Of a DNA stretch of 64,000 nt, positions 40,764-49,362 are shown one piece after another. Both the position numbers and the translations under genes were made by a program. Below the pieces are notes generated by a model that was not told where the DNA came from, did not search any database, and was given only the letters and a program-made list of their open reading frames with translations. The stretch comes from an uncultured delta proteobacterium (GTDB lineage: Bacteria; Chloroflexota; Dehalococcoidia; Dehalococcoidales; BS750m-G39): NCBI GenBank assembly GCA_963739245.1, contig CAVTZP010000007.1:119845-183844 (forward strand), written 5' to 3'. The number at the start of each line of letters is the position of its first letter. Positions within the stretch are counted from its first letter, which is position 1.

Positions 40764-40792
40764 AGTATACCATAATCAGGTGTAAGATGCAA
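40764..40792 (-). promoter_or_regulatory. sigma-70-type promoter TTGCAT-17-TATACT for the nusA operon
   Basis: On the minus strand, TTGCAT is at 40792-40787 and TATACT at 40769-40764. Confidence 0.5.
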
Positions 40793-40839
40793 TATACGGC
40801 GCCTGGAAATTGCCTCGGCGCTAAGCTATAATAGTCAAA

Positions 40840-42021
40840 ATGGCAAAAAGTTTCGCTATAGCCGAACTGAAGGCTTCGGTCATAAAAGAAGTAGAGGCTC
40901 AACATGACCAGCTTTGCGATTTGAGCCTGAAAATCCACTCCACCCCCGAGCTTGGTTTTCAGGAGGTCAAGGCATCAAGCTGGCTAACCCAATACCTTGA
41001 AAAAAGGGGCTTCTCAATAAAGCGGGGCATCTGCGGGCTACCCACCGCCTTTAGCGGGAGCTATGGACAGGGGAAACCAGTGATTGCCCTTCTGTCCGAG
41101 TATGATGCCCTGCCCAAGCTTGGGCACGCCTGTGGTCATAACCTGATAGCCGGCAGCGCTGTTGGTGGCGCAGCAGCATCCAAACCAGCTATTGACCGAT
41201 TCGGTGGCAGTATCCTCGTTATCGGCACCCCAGCTGAGGAGCTATTCGGGGGTAAGGCAATAATGGTGGAACAGGGGGCATTTAATAATGTCGACATAGC
41301 GATGATGGTGCACCCCGGGGTTCATGACGCTGTCATCACCCAAGCCCTGGCCTGCATCAGTCTGGATATTGAGTTCTTTGGCAAGGCGGCTCACGCCTCA
41401 GCCCAGCCCGAGTCAGGCATCAATGCCCTGGAGGCAATGCTCCAGTCATTTACCGCCATTAATTCACTAAGGCAGCATATCAAGGACAAGGCCCGTATCC
41501 ACGGGATTATTACCGATGGTGGGGAGGCAGCTAATATCGTCCCGGCTCACAGCGCTGGAAGCTTTATCGTCCGTGCCGAGGATAATGCCTATCTAGATGA
41601 GCTAATGGAGAAGGTATTAAATTGCTTTGTTGGCGCCGCCACCGCTACCGGCGCCCGCCTGGAATACCGATGGGGAAAAGTGCGCTATGCCCCGCTGCAC
41701 AATAACCTGGCACTAGCCAGACTATTCCGGCAAAATATGCAGTCTCTGGGACGCAGGGTGCTCCTCTCCGACCCGAGTAAAGCCTTTGGTAGCACCGATA
41801 TGGGGAATGTCAGCCAGAGAGTGCCTGCCATCCACCCCAATGTCGCCATAGCCCCAAAAGAGGTGCTCGCCCATTCTCCTGAGTTTGCCGCAGCGGCTGC
41901 CTCTGAGGCTGGTATCAAAGGGATGCTTGATAGCGCCAAGGCTCTAGCTATGACTGTTGTTGACCTGGTGGCTAATCCAGAAATAGTCGCCAGGATTAAG
42001 CAGGAGTTTGAAAGCAAATAA
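40840..42021 (+). CDS. M20 family metallohydrolase (amidohydrolase/AbgB-like)
   Basis: IHSTPELGFQEVKAS..., ALLSEYDALPKLGHACGHNLIA, TPAEELFGGK. Confidence 0.75.
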   Translation: MAKSFAIAELKASVIKEVEAQHDQLCDLSLKIHSTPELGFQEVKASSWLTQYLEKRGFSIKRGICGLPTAFSGSYGQGKPVIALLSEYDALPKLGHACGHNLIAGSAVGGAAASKPAIDRFGGSILVIGTPAEELFGGKAIMVEQGAFNNVDIAMMVHPGVHDAVITQALACISLDIEFFGKAAHASAQPESGINALEAMLQSFTAINSLRQHIKDKARIHGIITDGGEAANIVPAHSAGSFIVRAEDNAYLDELMEKVLNCFVGAATATGARLEYRWGKVRYAPLHNNLALARLFRQNMQSLGRRVLLSDPSKAFGSTDMGNVSQRVPAIHPNVAIAPKEVLAHSPEFAAAAASEAGIKGMLDSAKALAMTVVDLVANPEIVARIKQEFESK

Positions 42022-42078
42022 TTAGCTTGTCAAACAACGCGCCGTGGTCTAAGATTATATCAGCGTTAAGGAGCGTGT

Positions 42079-43056
42079 ATGGAAGTCTATCTGGGTATTG
42101 ATGTTGGCTCGGTAACTACCAAGTTCGCCGTGCTCAATGACGCTGATGAGCTAATTGCCCATCTTTACCTGCCGACGCAGGGTAAACCTATAGAAATGGT
42201 GCAGTACGGCTTAAGCCAAATCAAGCAAAAACTACCCAAGGGTACTGACATCAGTGGTGTGGCGACTACAGGGAGCGCCCGCTATCTGGCCGGGGTTATC
42301 GTCGGTGCCGATTTAGTCAAGAATGAGATTACCAGCCACGCCATAGGCGCCCTGCACTACTTTCCCCGGGGGCAGACCGTCATTGAAATCGGCGGGCAGG
42401 ATAGCAAGATTATCATTATCAGGGACGGGATAGTTACCGACTTCGGCATGAACACGGTATGTGCCGCTGGCACCGGTAGCTTCCTTGACCACCAGGCACT
42501 ACGCCTCAATATGAGCATTGAGGAACTCAGTCAGCGGGCTCTCGAGAGCAAAAACCCGGTGCACATCGCCGGAAGATGCACCGTCTTTGCCGAATCAGAC
42601 ATGATTCACAAGCAACAGACGGGGTACCGAACTGAGGATATTTTATATGGTCTGTGCCGGGCATTGGTGCGCAACTACCTGAACAATGTTGGCCTGGGTA
42701 AGGATATACAACCCCCGATAATATTTCAGGGCGGTGTCGCCTTCAACCGGGGTATAGTGAAGGCACTTCAAGAAGAGCTTGGCACCGAGGTGATTGTCCC
42801 ACCCCACCACGAGGTGATGGGGGCAATAGGTGCCGGCTTACTGGTTCATGAAGAGATGGCAACCAGCCAAAAGAGCAACTTCAAGGGGTTTAGCATAAGT
42901 GAGATAAGGTATCATACCGCTTCATTTGAATGCCAGGCCTGCCCTCAACTATGTGAGATCGCCCAGCTTTCGGTTGACAGCCAAATTCTCGCCCGGTGGG
43001 GCGGTCGCTGCGACCTGTGGGAAAGAAGCCACGTTAGCCAAAATAAGAGGAAATAG
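42079..43056 (+). CDS. BadF/BadG/BcrA/BcrD-type ATPase (acyl-CoA dehydratase activase-like) with a Cys-rich C-terminal extension
   Basis: LGIDVGSVTTKFAVL, EIGGQDSKII, CAAGTGSFLD and FQGGVAFN are ASKHA/activase motifs. The tail is FECQACPQLCEIAQL...GGRCDLW. Confidence 0.7.
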   Translation: MEVYLGIDVGSVTTKFAVLNDADELIAHLYLPTQGKPIEMVQYGLSQIKQKLPKGTDISGVATTGSARYLAGVIVGADLVKNEITSHAIGALHYFPRGQTVIEIGGQDSKIIIIRDGIVTDFGMNTVCAAGTGSFLDHQALRLNMSIEELSQRALESKNPVHIAGRCTVFAESDMIHKQQTGYRTEDILYGLCRALVRNYLNNVGLGKDIQPPIIFQGGVAFNRGIVKALQEELGTEVIVPPHHEVMGAIGAGLLVHEEMATSQKSNFKGFSISEIRYHTASFECQACPQLCEIAQLSVDSQILARWGGRCDLWERSHVSQNKRK

Positions 43057-44067
43057 ATGATAATCGCCGTTGATGCTGCTGGTGGAGAGTACGCCCCCCG
43101 CGAAATAGTAGAAGGCGCGATAAAAGCCGCTCAGGAATATAATGTTGAGATTGCGCTGGTGGGGAATAAAGCCATACTCCATGTGCTGGCCGGTCACCAT
43201 ATAAGTAAGTCAAAAATAAGTATTATTGAAGCCAGCCAAGTTATTGATTTTCATGAGCACCCAATGAGAGCAGTCAAAAGTAAGCCAGACTCGTCAATAG
43301 TGGTTGGAATTAACCTGGTGAGAGACGGTATGGCTTCCGCCTTTGTCTCCGCAGGCAACACTGGAGCCGTAGTCTGTGCCAGCCTCCTCAACCTGAGAAG
43401 GATAGAGGGCGTCGAGCGCCCCGCCCTGGGCAGTTTCCTTGACTTCACGCCAACGACACCTACCCTGCTTATTGATGCCGGCGCCAATGCTGATTGCCGA
43501 CCAAGCCACCTCGTCCAATTTGCTCGCTTAGGCACAACCTACGTTAAATACCTCCTTGGCATCGACTACCCCACTGTTCGCCTGCTCAGCAACGGTGAAG
43601 AGGAAACAAAGGGTAATCGTCTGATTCAAGAAAGTCATAGTCTCCTCAAGAAATCCAACTTAAACTTTATCGGCAACATAGAAGGGCAGGACATATCAAA
43701 CCAAACCACCAATGTCATCGTTACCGATGGCTTCACCGGAAACATAGTGATCAAGACTATCGAAGGGCTAGGTGACACCTTCCTGAAGCTACTGCGACAA
43801 ACCGGGCACATCCTATCTGCTGCCTCTCATCTCCAGGGGCGAACCCTCCTCCAGGATATAGGGTTAAGCTCCTGGGTCAAGCGGGTAGACTATAGAGAAT
43901 ACGGCGGGGCGTGTCTATTGGGGGTAAATGGAACTATCATCGTCTCTCATGGGCGCAGTAAGGCTAAGGCGATAAAAAATGCCATCGGTTTAGCCAAACA
44001 GACAGCGGAGCGAGACATATGCCGAATAATTAAAGAGGAGAGCTATGAGCAAGCCAATAGTAGTTGA
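43057..44067 (+). CDS. plsX: phosphate acyltransferase PlsX
   Basis: [14 protein letters not shown]...[10 protein letters not shown]...NGEEETKGN...[17 protein letters not shown]. Confidence 0.9.
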   Translation: MIIAVDAAGGEYAPREIVEGAIKAAQEYNVEIALVGNKAILHVLAGHHISKSKISIIEASQVIDFHEHPMRAVKSKPDSSIVVGINLVRDGMASAFVSAGNTGAVVCASLLNLRRIEGVERPALGSFLDFTPTTPTLLIDAGANADCRPSHLVQFARLGTTYVKYLLGIDYPTVRLLSNGEEETKGNRLIQESHSLLKKSNLNFIGNIEGQDISNQTTNVIVTDGFTGNIVIKTIEGLGDTFLKLLRQTGHILSAASHLQGRTLLQDIGLSSWVKRVDYREYGGACLLGVNGTIIVSHGRSKAKAIKNAIGLAKQTAERDICRIIKEESYEQANSS

Positions 44068-44371
44068 TGACGCCACCTTCGACCAAGAAGTACTAAAGTC
44101 CAAGACGCCGGTATTGGTAGACTTCTGGGCACCATGGTGCCGACCATGCCTTATGACCGCCCCGGTGCTCGAGGAGCTGGCTGGGGAGTATGCCGGCAAG
44201 TTAATTTTTACCAAGCTGGATGTTGACCAGAATGCGAAAACCGCCGCCAAATACGGCATAATGTCAATACCCAACCTTATTATCTTTAAAAACGGCACGC
44301 CAGTATCGCAGATTGTGGGCTATAAGCCCAAAGCCGAGGTGAAACAAAAGCTGGATACTATACTAGGATAA
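44045..44371 (+). CDS. trxA: thioredoxin with variant active site WCRPC
   Basis: [27 protein letters not shown]...[29 protein letters not shown] is GAGGAGAG. Confidence 0.85.
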   Translation: MSKPIVVDDATFDQEVLKSKTPVLVDFWAPWCRPCLMTAPVLEELAGEYAGKLIFTKLDVDQNAKTAAKYGIMSIPNLIIFKNGTPVSQIVGYKPKAEVKQKLDTILG

Positions 44372-44376
44372 AACCC

Positions 44377-45294
44377 ATGACCAATGAATATGACGTAATC
44401 ATTATTGGTGGTGGTCCGGCCGGCCTTAGCGCCGGGCTTTATACCTCAAGAGCCAGGCTCAGGAGCCTAGTCATAGAAAAGGGGCTGATGGGGGGGCAGA
44501 TAACCAATGCCGAGCTGGTGGAGAACTACCCTGGCTTTGCCCAAGGTATTTCCGGTCTGGAGCTGGGGCAACTAATTCACCAGCAGGCAACCAAATACGG
44601 GCTGGAAACCCTGCTGGCTGAGGTAACTGGCATTGAGCTTCAGGGGGAGAAAAGGGTGGTCATGACCAGCAAGGGCAAATTTACCGCTAGGGCAGTAATT
44701 ATCGCCAGCGGCTCAGAACGGCGCAAACTGGGCACACCAGGGGAGGAGGAGTTTACCGGTAAGGGTGTGTCATATTGTGCCACCTGTGATGGCCCCTTCT
44801 TCAAAGACAGAACAGTAGCCGTAGTTGGTGGTGGTAATGCGGCAATTACTGAAGCCCTTCACCTGGCCAAGTTCGCCTCAAGGGTCAAGGTAATACACCG
44901 TCGTAACGAGCTCCGCGCCACCCGCATCCTCCAGGAGAAAGCCTTCGCTGAACCAAAAATAGAATTCCTGTGGAATACCGAGGTTGAGGGAATCGAGGGT
45001 AAGGACAAGGTTAAGCAGTTAAGCCTCAGAAACGTGATAACCGGGGAAAAATCGGCTCTGGATGTAGCCGGGATCTTCATTGCTATTGGGCTTAAGCCCA
45101 ATACCAGCTACCTCAAGGGCGTTTTGCCCCTTGACGACGCTGGTTATATTGTTACCAACGAAAAGATGGAGACCAGGATACCGGGTGTTTTTGCCGCTGG
45201 TGATGTACGCCTGAACTCAGCCCGCCAGACAATAACTGCGGCCGGGGATGGTGCTACTGCCGCCATCTATGCCGAAAAATTCATCTCCCGATAG
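44377..45294 (+). CDS. trxB: thioredoxin-disulfide reductase
   Basis: YDVIIIGGGPAGLSAG, CATCDGPFF (redox-active CxxC), VVGGGNAA, FAAGDV. Confidence 0.9.
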   Translation: MTNEYDVIIIGGGPAGLSAGLYTSRARLRSLVIEKGLMGGQITNAELVENYPGFAQGISGLELGQLIHQQATKYGLETLLAEVTGIELQGEKRVVMTSKGKFTARAVIIASGSERRKLGTPGEEEFTGKGVSYCATCDGPFFKDRTVAVVGGGNAAITEALHLAKFASRVKVIHRRNELRATRILQEKAFAEPKIEFLWNTEVEGIEGKDKVKQLSLRNVITGEKSALDVAGIFIAIGLKPNTSYLKGVLPLDDAGYIVTNEKMETRIPGVFAAGDVRLNSARQTITAAGDGATAAIYAEKFISR

Positions 45295-45351
45295 CCTACC
45301 ACTTCTCCGCCAAAGTGAAGTATAATAATAATAAAGACGAGGGAAGAAATT

Positions 45352-45927
45352 ATGAGGGTCGTTTTTCTCCAGGATGTGCCCAGGGTAGCTAAGGCCGGTG
45401 AGATAAAAGAGGTAGCCGATGGCTACGCCAGAAACTTCCTCATCCCCAAAAAACTGGCCTTGTTAGCCCAACCTCAGGCGATTAGCCAGATAGAAACAAG
45501 AGAAAGAACCAAAGCCGGGGAAGACACAGAACTAATGGCGCTGGCTCAGCAAATAGAGGGGAAGGAAATTAACCTCAAAGCCAAGGCTGGAGCCAAAGAC
45601 AGACTCTATGGTTCAATCACCAGCGCCGATATTGCCTCCGAGCTAAGCAAGAGCACCGGGCTGGTTATCGACAAGAGAAAGCTTGAACTTGAAGAGCCCA
45701 TCCGCCACCTTGGTAGCTATGAGGTGGCTATTAGACTGGCTAAAGATATTTTACCCAAGATAAGGGTTACGATAACTGAAGAAGAGACGCCGAAGGAAGA
45801 GGAAAAGCCTCCGAAGGAAAAGAAGAAGGCTCAGAAGGAAGAGAAGAAAGCACCGAAGGAGACGAAGACTCCCAAGAAAGAAAAGAAGCCTCAGAAGGAA
45901 AAGAAGCCTCAGAAGGAAAAGAGCTAA
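45352..45927 (+). CDS. rplI: 50S ribosomal protein L9 with a ~45-aa Lys/Glu/Pro-rich C-terminal extension
   Basis: MRVVFLQDVPRVAKAGEIKEVADGYARNFLIPKKLA... is canonical L9 to about residue 146. The tail is EEETPKEEEKPPKEKKKAQKEEKKAPKETKTPKKEKKPQKEKKPQKEKS. Confidence 0.9.
   Translation: MRVVFLQDVPRVAKAGEIKEVADGYARNFLIPKKLALLAQPQAISQIETRERTKAGEDTELMALAQQIEGKEINLKAKAGAKDRLYGSITSADIASELSKSTGLVIDKRKLELEEPIRHLGSYEVAIRLAKDILPKIRVTITEEETPKEEEKPPKEKKKAQKEEKKAPKETKTPKKEKKPQKEKKPQKEKS
45880..45927 (+). repeat. 18-bp tandem repeat (about 2.6 copies) encoding KKPQKE units of the L9 tail
   Basis: gaaaagaagcctcagaag at 45880-45897 and 45898-45915, followed by a partial copy. Confidence 0.85.
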
Positions 45928-47298
45928 ATGTATAACGAGAAGTTGCCGCCGCACAATATTGATGCTGAGGAAGCAGTAATCGGCTCACTGCTAATAGACG
46001 GGATGGCAATCTATAAGATTGCCACCTTTCTCCAGCCATCAGACTTTTATGGCGAACGAAACTCGCTGATATACGGGGCATGCCTGGCGCTCTACCAGCG
46101 CCCAGATGGAGTCATAAACCAGATTACTGTCGCCGAGGAGCTGGACCGGCAGGGCAAGCTGGAGACCGGTGGTGGCGCTGCCTACTTAAGTCATCTCATA
46201 TCTATATGCCCCACCTCCCTTGATATTGAGTCTCATGCTCAAATTGTCTATCGCCTGGCGATAATGCGCCACCTCATTGATGCCGCGAGGCAGATTGCCA
46301 ACATCGGCTATCAGGCTGACCCTGATGTTGATGCCAGCCTTGACCAGGCAGAAGATACCCTGTTTCGGCTGCGCCACGGCCAAAGCCCACGGGATTTTAT
46401 CCACATCCGTCAGGTGCTAGACAAGTACTTTGAAACCGCCGCCGGTGCTGAGGTAGAAGGTCATCCCAGGGAGCCAGTCCCCTATATACTATCGGGCTTC
46501 GCCGGTCTGGATGAACTCCTCGGCGGATTTCAGCGCTCCGACCTGATTATCATCGCCGGCAGACCGAGCATGGGCAAAACAAGCCTTGCCCTTACCCTTG
46601 CCCACAATGCCGCCGTGGAGCAGGGGGCTTGCGTAGCTCTGTTCAGCCTGGAGATGGCACGGGAGCCTCTGGTTTTACGCATCCTGGCTAGTGAAGCTGA
46701 GGTCGATTCCCGACGGGTGCGCCTCGGTCTCCACAGTGAAGAGCAGGAAAAAAGGGTCATGGATGCCATCGGCCGGCTCTCTGAAGCACCAATCTACATT
46801 GATGATACCCCACAACTGCGGGTAGTAGAGATGAGAAGCAAAGCCCGCCGCCTCCACTTTGAGCGTGGTATTGACCTGATTATCGTTGACTACCTGCAAC
46901 TAATGTACGGAGAGGGGAGGGATGAGGTTGAGAAGATCAGCAACATCTCCCGCTCCCTCAAGGCAATAGCCAGGGAGCTTAATGTGCCCGTGATGGCAGT
47001 ATCCCAGCTGAGCCGGGCTGCAGAAAGAAGGGAAGCACACCGACCCTATCTCTCTGACCTCAGGGGAAGCGGCAGTATTGAACAGGATGCCGATGTCGTC
47101 CTGTTTGTCTACCGCGATGATTACTACTACACCAAAGACGAATGGGAAAGGGAGCATCCCGGGGAGGGCTACCCGCCGCCGGCTAATATTATAATCGCCA
47201 AGCACCGTAATGGCCCCACCGGTGAAATTGAGCTACTTTTCCAACCAAAGATGGCAAAGTTTGCCAATATTACCCATGAAGAGCCGAGCCTACTATGA
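45928..47298 (+). CDS. dnaB: replicative DNA helicase DnaB
   Basis: LPPHNIDAEEAVIGSLL, IIIAGRPSMGKTSLAL (Walker A), IVDYLQLM, SQLSRAAE, and RNGPTG at the C-terminus. Confidence 0.95.
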   Translation: MYNEKLPPHNIDAEEAVIGSLLIDGMAIYKIATFLQPSDFYGERNSLIYGACLALYQRPDGVINQITVAEELDRQGKLETGGGAAYLSHLISICPTSLDIESHAQIVYRLAIMRHLIDAARQIANIGYQADPDVDASLDQAEDTLFRLRHGQSPRDFIHIRQVLDKYFETAAGAEVEGHPREPVPYILSGFAGLDELLGGFQRSDLIIIAGRPSMGKTSLALTLAHNAAVEQGACVALFSLEMAREPLVLRILASEAEVDSRRVRLGLHSEEQEKRVMDAIGRLSEAPIYIDDTPQLRVVEMRSKARRLHFERGIDLIIVDYLQLMYGEGRDEVEKISNISRSLKAIARELNVPVMAVSQLSRAAERREAHRPYLSDLRGSGSIEQDADVVLFVYRDDYYYTKDEWEREHPGEGYPPPANIIIAKHRNGPTGEIELLFQPKMAKFANITHEEPSLL

Positions 47299-48008
47299 TG
47301 GAGCAATTTAAGGGTTTCCCAGCCAAGACGCAGTTTACCGCCGTGCCTAATTCTTTCTTCAGCGCGCTGCTACCCCAAATCAGCGATATCGCCGAACTGA
47401 AAACAACCCTCCACATCTTCTGGGCAATTTATCAGAAACGGGGTTACCCCCGATTTACCACCTATAAAGAGCTTTTGGGCAGTAAGAGCCTGATGAGCAG
47501 CATGGTGGGGGCAACACCGCCAGAGAAGATACTGCGCCAAGCCCTGGAAATGGCGGCCAAGCGGGGCACCATCCTTCATATTGCGCTGGACAGGGATGGG
47601 ACGCCGGAGGACGTCTACTTCCTTAATACCGAACCTGATAGACAGGCTATAGCTAAGATTCAAAACGGCGAACTCGCCTTGAGCGGACTAAAGGCAAAAG
47701 AACCAGCCTATATCGACACCGAGGCGCCGCCGGACATCTTCACCCTTTATGAACAGAACATCGGCATGCTAACCCCATTGATTGCCGACCAGCTGCGTGA
47801 TGCCGAGAAACTATATCCCGAGGCATGGATAAGAGACGCCGTTAAAGAGGCAGTTTCCCATAACAAGCGAAGTTGGAGGTATATCTCGGCAATTTTGGAG
47901 CGCTGGTCAACAGAAGGTAAGAGCGATGGAGCATATCAGCGAGATTCTAAGAAGACAGGCCCAGACAAATACATCAAACAAAAATATGGACACATGGTCA
48001 GGCGCTGA
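47295..48008 (+). CDS. DnaD-domain replication initiation / helicase-loading protein
   Basis: C-terminal LYEQNIGMLTPLIADQLRDAEKLYPEAWIRDAVKEAVSHNKRSWRYISAILERW is a typical DnaD/DnaB_2 domain. Its position between dnaB and the loader ATPase supports the call. Confidence 0.65.
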   Translation: MMEQFKGFPAKTQFTAVPNSFFSALLPQISDIAELKTTLHIFWAIYQKRGYPRFTTYKELLGSKSLMSSMVGATPPEKILRQALEMAAKRGTILHIALDRDGTPEDVYFLNTEPDRQAIAKIQNGELALSGLKAKEPAYIDTEAPPDIFTLYEQNIGMLTPLIADQLRDAEKLYPEAWIRDAVKEAVSHNKRSWRYISAILERWSTEGKSDGAYQRDSKKTGPDKYIKQKYGHMVRR

Positions 48009-48777
48009 AGAACCGGAAGAGGCATCGCCAAGCTCAGCCTGTCCTATCTGCAAGGGGGCGGGGGTTGTTCACCCCCTCCTGCCATCAGGCAAGCCCGACT
48101 ATAGTCGGGTTATTCCCTGCCGTTGCGTTCAGAAAGAATTAGATAAGGAACGTAAAGTTCGCCTGCAGCGACAAAGCGGTCTTGACCTGGAGCTGCTTAA
48201 AAAGATGACCTTTGACAATTTCAAGAAGCGGGTTAACCTGCCACCGGAACTGCAGGAAAACCTGGAAGAGGCATACCGTTTGGCCCTTGACTTTGCCAAA
48301 TCACCCGAAGGCTGGCTGGTATTCCAGGGCGTTACCGGCTGCGGCAAAACCCATCTTGCCGCCGCCATTGGTAACTACCGCCTCAAAGAGGGAAAACCGG
48401 TCAAATTTGAGGTGGTATCTGACTTCCTCGACCATCTGCGCTTCACCTTCAGCCCGGAGAGCACGGTGACCTATGACCAAGTGTTTGAAGAGGTAAAGAC
48501 TGCCCCCCTCCTCATCCTGGATGACTTTGGTGAACAGTCCACCACCCCTTGGGCACAGGAAAAGCTCTATCAGGTTATCAACTATCGCTATAATGCCCGT
48601 CTAGCCACGATAATCACCACCCGCTTGACAACGGATGAGATGGACAGCCCCATAGTCTCCCGCTTCCTCGACCACCAACTCAGTATGGTATTTAATATTG
48701 CTGCTCCCGACTACCGAACTGATGCCACCGCCAGCCGAAAGAAGATAGCTCGTGATATAAAAAGGCGCCAGAGCTAA
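47926..48777 (+). CDS. DnaC/DnaI-type helicase loader ATPase (IstB-like AAA+) with an N-terminal zinc motif
   Basis: CPICKGAGVV...PCRC; LVFQGVTGCGKTHLAAAI (Walker A); LLILDDFGEQ (Walker B). The alternative start at ATG 47986 would reduce the 83-nt overlap with the upstream gene. Confidence 0.75.
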   Translation: MEHISEILRRQAQTNTSNKNMDTWSGAEEPEEASPSSACPICKGAGVVHPLLPSGKPDYSRVIPCRCVQKELDKERKVRLQRQSGLDLELLKKMTFDNFKKRVNLPPELQENLEEAYRLALDFAKSPEGWLVFQGVTGCGKTHLAAAIGNYRLKEGKPVKFEVVSDFLDHLRFTFSPESTVTYDQVFEEVKTAPLLILDDFGEQSTTPWAQEKLYQVINYRYNARLATIITTRLTTDEMDSPIVSRFLDHQLSMVFNIAAPDYRTDATASRKKIARDIKRRQS

Positions 48778-48837
48778 CCGCTAGTTTGCATAGCCTGAGG
48801 CTTTTTTAGTAAAATAAATAGGTTTTTGGTATTATTG

Positions 48838-49359
48838 ATGAATGCTCTAGAAATAATAAAGCTTCCGGTTCTGGTGCTAAATCAGAACTACGAGCCACTC
48901 AATATATGTCGAGTGCGGCGGGCGGTAGTATTGCTTTACTACGGCAAGGCGGAGATGCTGGAGAATGGCACCGGATTTATCCACTCCGCCAACCGTAGCT
49001 TTCCTGTGCCCTCGGTAATACGGCTGGCCGATATGATTAAGCGCCCCCGACCCCCAAGGAGACTAACCCGCCTTGAGGTTTTCCACCGCGACCAATATGC
49101 CTGCCAGTATTGTGGCCGGCAGACTCATCAGCTTACCCTGGACCATGTCATTCCCCGATACCGGGGTGGTGAGCACATCTGGGAGAATGTGGTTAGCGCC
49201 TGCATACCCTGCAATCGGCACAAGGCAGGTAAGACGCCTGCCGAAGCTGGAATGAAACTAATCCATCAGCCAGTACCACCGGCGGCTAATAGCTTCTTCT
49301 ATATCCCCCACAGTCACCAACAAATCCACAGCCAGTGGCAAAAATACCTGCCCCAATAA
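48838..49359 (+). CDS. HNH endonuclease family protein
   Basis: RDQYACQYCGRQTHQLTLDHVIPRYRGGEHIWENVVSACIPCNRHK (HNH with a CxxC...CxxC zinc site). Confidence 0.8.
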   Translation: MNALEIIKLPVLVLNQNYEPLNICRVRRAVVLLYYGKAEMLENGTGFIHSANRSFPVPSVIRLADMIKRPRPPRRLTRLEVFHRDQYACQYCGRQTHQLTLDHVIPRYRGGEHIWENVVSACIPCNRHKAGKTPAEAGMKLIHQPVPPAANSFFYIPHSHQQIHSQWQKYLPQ

Positions 49360-49362
49360 GAA

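Noticed and set aside
48778-48837. Terminator after the dnaI-like gene (agcctgaggctttttt)
   Set aside because: The stem is only 4-5 bp with a 1-3 nt loop, too weak to call.
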